Assembly (NCBI GenBank): GCA_021413925.1
Contig: JAIOPL010000013.1
Coordinates: forward strand, 77,888 to 141,887
Reading direction: 5' to 3'
DNA: 64,000 nt
DNA from: Verrucomicrobiota bacterium
GTDB taxonomy: Bacteria > Verrucomicrobiota > Verrucomicrobiia > Chthoniobacterales > UBA6821
In this document: positions 60,916 to 64,000 of the stretch, in pieces
Position numbering within the stretch: position 1 is the stretch's first letter
How the letters are laid out: each line of letters starts with the position of its first letter
Notes under the pieces: model-generated
Told to the model about the DNA's origin: nothing
The model's database searches: none
The model's input: the letters and a program-made list of their open reading frames with translations, nothing else
Program-made: the position numbers and the translations under genes

Positions 60916-62309
60916 CCCCCGCAACGCGCCGAGTCCACTTCCTCGGTATCTGCGGCACCGCAATGGGCGCAGTTGCCGTCGGCATGAAGGAACAAGGCTG
61001 GATCGTGACGGGCTCCGACAACCAGGCCTATCCGCCGATGAGCGACTTTCTGGCCGAGCGCGGGATCGATGTTTCTGCCGGATTCCGTCCGGAGAACCTT
61101 CCCAAGGAGGAGACGCTTATCGTTATCGGCAACGCCATCTCGCGTGGCAATCCCGAGGTCGAGGCAGTCCTCAACCGCAAGCTGAACTACGTCTCCCTGC
61201 CCGAAGTGCTCCGCTCCCATTTCCTCCGCGGTCGCCACAATATCGTCGTCACCGGCACCCACGGAAAGACCACTACGACATCGATCGCGGCCTGGATCAT
61301 GGAATATGCGGGACTGAATCCCTCCTACCTGATCGGAGGCTTGCCCGCAAATCTTGGCCAAGGGGCCTGTCTCCGGGATCCTTCCAACTCCCGGCATTTC
61401 GTGATCGAGGGGGATGAATACGACACCGCCTTTTTCGACAAGCGCTCGAAGTTCCTCCACTACCTTCCGGAGTTGGTCGTGGTGAACAACATCGAGTTCG
61501 ACCACGCCGACATCTTCGAGAATCTGGAGGCGATAAAACTGAGTTTCCGCAGGCTTCTCAACGTGGTCCCTTCGGAAGGCCTGGTCTTGATCAATGGCGA
61601 TGATCAGAACTGCATCGATGTGTCGCAGAAGTGCCAGGCACCGATCGTCGAGGTCGGGTTTTCAGAAAACGCCGGGAACCGCATCCTGCATCCGTGGCAG
61701 AAGGATGGACGCAGTGGCTTTGAACTCTTCGGCGAGAAGTTCGAGATTCCCATGTCAGGGGAGTTCAATATCCGCAATGCCGCGATGGCTGTCTCTGCGG
61801 CACACTTCTACGGAGTTCCCACGAAGTTGATCCGTGAGGCCCTGCTCGCATTTCAGGGGATCAAGCGACGTCAGGAAGTGCGCGGCGTGGTCGGCGGCAT
61901 TACCATCATCGATGACTTCGGCCATCATCCCACGGCCATTCGTCAGACCCTCGAGGGGCTTGCTCGCCAGTATGCAGGATCGCGCCTGTGGGCTCTCTTC
62001 GAGCCGCGCTCGAACACGACACGACGCGCCATCTTTCAGGAGGAGTTTCCCAGGGCTTTTGCCGCCGCGCATGGCGTGGTCATCGGCGAGGTGAACCGTG
62101 CGGCCGAATTGGAATCCACGGAGCGGCTTGATGCAGAGCGCCTGGTCGCCGATCTGCAGCAACTAGGGAAGCCCGCCTTCCATGAGCCTTCAGCTGACCG
62201 GATTATTGAGAAACTCCGTCCCCAGCTCCAGAAGGGGGATGTGCTTGTGGTCTTGAGCAACGGCGCCTTCGATGGCCTCCATGTCAAGCTACTGACGGCG
62301 CTGGTTTAA
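60912..62309 (+). CDS. mpl: UDP-N-acetylmuramate:L-alanyl-gamma-D-glutamyl-meso-diaminopimelate ligase
   Basis: 465 aa. HFLGICGTAMGAVAVGM N-terminus and the Mur-ligase P-loop VVTGTHGKTTTTS. Confidence 0.9.
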   Translation: MTPATRRVHFLGICGTAMGAVAVGMKEQGWIVTGSDNQAYPPMSDFLAERGIDVSAGFRPENLPKEETLIVIGNAISRGNPEVEAVLNRKLNYVSLPEVLRSHFLRGRHNIVVTGTHGKTTTTSIAAWIMEYAGLNPSYLIGGLPANLGQGACLRDPSNSRHFVIEGDEYDTAFFDKRSKFLHYLPELVVVNNIEFDHADIFENLEAIKLSFRRLLNVVPSEGLVLINGDDQNCIDVSQKCQAPIVEVGFSENAGNRILHPWQKDGRSGFELFGEKFEIPMSGEFNIRNAAMAVSAAHFYGVPTKLIREALLAFQGIKRRQEVRGVVGGITIIDDFGHHPTAIRQTLEGLARQYAGSRLWALFEPRSNTTRRAIFQEEFPRAFAAAHGVVIGEVNRAAELESTERLDAERLVADLQQLGKPAFHEPSADRIIEKLRPQLQKGDVLVVLSNGAFDGLHVKLLTALV

Positions 62310-62683
62310 GGGCATCTTTTCTGTGTTCTTGATAAGATAGCTCAGGTTATTCACAGAGGTTCTCCTCTGGGTTTCATGAGCTGATTGCCCGTAGAGCCTG
62401 ATTTGATGCCATGTTACGGAATCGCCATGGAAAAACCGCTGATCAGGCCGTGATCAGAGAATGTTCCACGGCATGAAGAGAGATTCGAAGAGGTAAAAGC
62501 CGCTTGATGATCTGATCGAAGCGATCTGTTCCACGGATTTCCGAGGACCAGATGAAGCCACTACACACAACTTATTCACAAGACATCCCCAAAGGCGGAT
62601 ATCAAAGGAGAAGACCCATGGTGGAGACCAATGGTCAAGACTTCTGGCTTGGCGGATGCCGCCCGCTCGGAAAGCATCGTGCC

Positions 62684-63133
62684 ATGGGCAAAAAACAATC
62701 CAAACCGCAGTCGGACACCCGGAACCTGACCCTCCTGGGAGGCGGCCCCCTCCAGCAGCTTTCTTCACCGGAAGAGGCCGTTCTGGAAACCTTTGAAAGC
62801 CCTTCCAAGCGGGATTACGAGGTGACGTTCTCCACGCAGGAATTCACCTCCCATTGTCCCGTCACGGGCCAGCCGGATTTTGCCGAGATCATCATCCGCT
62901 ACACTCCTGATCGGCGCTGTATCGAGAGCAAATCGCTCAAGCAGTACCTCGGCGCCTACCGCAACCAGGCGGTCTTTGCTGAAGGAATCACTAACAGGAT
63001 CTTGGATGACATCGTCCAGGCGATCTCGCCACGTCGGGCCAAGGTGATCGGGGATTTCTTTCCGCGGGGCGGCATCGGCATCCGTGTCGAGGCGACCTAC
63101 GAAGGCTCGAAAGCGAAGACAGGGCGCCGGTGA
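62684..63133 (+). CDS. queF: NADPH-dependent 7-cyano-7-deazaguanine (preQ0) reductase
   Basis: Trimmed to ATG 62684 (MGKKQSKPQ). Active-site region EFTSHCPVTGQPDFAEIIIRY. ~149 aa unimodular type. Confidence 0.9.
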   Translation: MGKKQSKPQSDTRNLTLLGGGPLQQLSSPEEAVLETFESPSKRDYEVTFSTQEFTSHCPVTGQPDFAEIIIRYTPDRRCIESKSLKQYLGAYRNQAVFAEGITNRILDDIVQAISPRRAKVIGDFFPRGGIGIRVEATYEGSKAKTGRR

Positions 63134-63819
63134 AGGTCGTTGTCCTGGTGAGTGGCGGACTCGATTCCATCACGGCCCTGCATGATGCGCTTCGCGCTCA
63201 CGAGGTGGTGGCCGCTCTCAGTTTTGACTACGGGGCGAAACATCACGCCCGTGAGCTCCCAATGGCTGCGTGGCAATGCAACCTGCTCGGCATTTCTCAT
63301 CGCATCGCACCCCTCGGATTCGTCGCGGGGGAATTCCGGTCCGATCTCCTGAGTGGCGGCGGTACCATACCGGACGGTCACTACGAGGAGGAATCGATGA
63401 AGAGTACGGTTGTCCCTTTTCGCAACGGCATTATGCTCGCGATCGCCGCCGGATTTGCCGAGAGTCGGGGAGCGGAGGGGGTCGTCATTGCGGCCCATTC
63501 CGGGGACCATGCCATCTACCCTGATTGCCGGGAGTCGTTCATGGAGCCTATGGCACGGGCGATCCGCGAGGGAACCTATGCACGGATTGAGCTGCTCAGA
63601 CCCTTCATTGCCAAGGACAAGGCGGGGATCGTACGGCAGGGAGCGGAACTCGGTGTCGACTTCTCCCATACCTGGTCCTGCTACAAGGGCAATGAGGTGC
63701 ACTGCGGCACCTGTGGCACCTGCGTCGAACGACGCGAGGCTTTCCTGCTGGCCGGAGTTCCGGATCCGACAATTTATGCTTCCACGGAACCGCTTCCGCC
63801 AAAACCCTCGCATCTATGA
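63130..63819 (+). CDS. queC: 7-cyano-7-deazaguanine synthase
   Basis: 229 aa with a GTG start overlapping the queF stop. PP-loop [13 protein letters not shown] and zinc site [14 protein letters not shown]. Confidence 0.93.
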   Translation: MKVVVLVSGGLDSITALHDALRAHEVVAALSFDYGAKHHARELPMAAWQCNLLGISHRIAPLGFVAGEFRSDLLSGGGTIPDGHYEEESMKSTVVPFRNGIMLAIAAGFAESRGAEGVVIAAHSGDHAIYPDCRESFMEPMARAIREGTYARIELLRPFIAKDKAGIVRQGAELGVDFSHTWSCYKGNEVHCGTCGTCVERREAFLLAGVPDPTIYASTEPLPPKPSHL

Positions 63820-64000
63820 GAATCTCGGAGATCTTCCACTCGATCCAGGGAGAGGGCTTACTGCTGGGTGTCCCCTCCGTCTTTGTGCGCACCTCCGGCT
63901 GCAATCTGCGCTGTCGCTGGTGTGATACCCCGTATGCCTCGTGGAATCCCGAGGGTGAGGAGATGAGCTTGGAGGAGATCCTTCGGCAGGTTCGAGGCTA
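63816..64000 (+). CDS. queE: 7-carboxy-7-deazaguanine synthase, 5' part (runs off the window)
   Basis: Not in the track because it is open-ended. Manual translation gives [61 protein letters not shown], with the radical-SAM CxxxCxxC motif. The ATG overlaps the queC stop. Confidence 0.85.
   Translation, partial: MRISEIFHSIQGEGLLLGVPSVFVRTSGCNLRCRWCDTPYASWNPEGEEMSLEEILRQVRG

Noticed and set aside
62355-62368. The sequence AGAGGTTCTCCTCT resembles the 5' part of the B. subtilis preQ1-I riboswitch (AGAGGUUCUAGC...).
   Set aside because: It forms a simple closed hairpin and lacks the ACCC loop element and the A-rich 3' tail. It also lies ~320 nt upstream of the queF start.

Overview
This is a 64-kb chromosomal window from a high-GC diderm bacterium. 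A hand count gives 65 G+C in 16001-16100. All family calls were made by eye from conserved motifs in the supplied translations plus my own translation of unlisted frames. No database search was possible. About 55 credible CDS and 2 tRNAs are present. Most genes are housekeeping: glnD, mnmG, lpdA, rpe, tadA, secA, nfo, nadE, dprA plus a type IA topoisomerase, trxB, purU, bioB, rnr, mscL, pta, mpl, and queF-queC-queE. There is also an iron-uptake cluster (exbB-exbD-tonB-TBDR-fur-feoAB plus an unlisted Cys-rich mini-ORF) and two GT9 heptosyltransferase paralogs. The best candidate for an undescribed system is an AT-rich single-gene islet at 17.9-20.5 kb. It encodes an 868-aa fusion of an SF1 UvrD-like helicase, a DEDDh 3'-5' exonuclease, a GYF_2 domain and a TerB-like tail, with its own promoter-like signal. 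It is followed (20.6-23.7 kb) by a decayed accessory patch: a Doc-like protein with a degenerate active-site motif, a truncated ParE next to an intact antitoxin, and tandem lipoprotein paralogs. Six other observations are worth a second look.
1. tRNA-Gly(CCC) is followed by two further copies of its own 3' end. These bracket a structured ~220-nt RNA-like segment with UCCC-loop hairpins and an AAA+/DUF4143 ATPase gene.
2. 7-nt tandem arrays (TTCAGGT, CCTTCAT, GCCTTCA, TCTCGAC) sit 0-21 nt upstream of at least eight unrelated start codons.
3. Two MITE-like elements built from inverted (GCGCAGAG)3 arrays bracket a three-gene block.
4. A shared TCTCAATCTC motif and a Fur-box-like site lie upstream of the iron-uptake operons.
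5. An AT-rich spacer with DnaA-box-like 9-mers next to mnmG could be oriC.
6. A 797-codon TamB-like ORF runs off the left edge and is missing from the supplied track.
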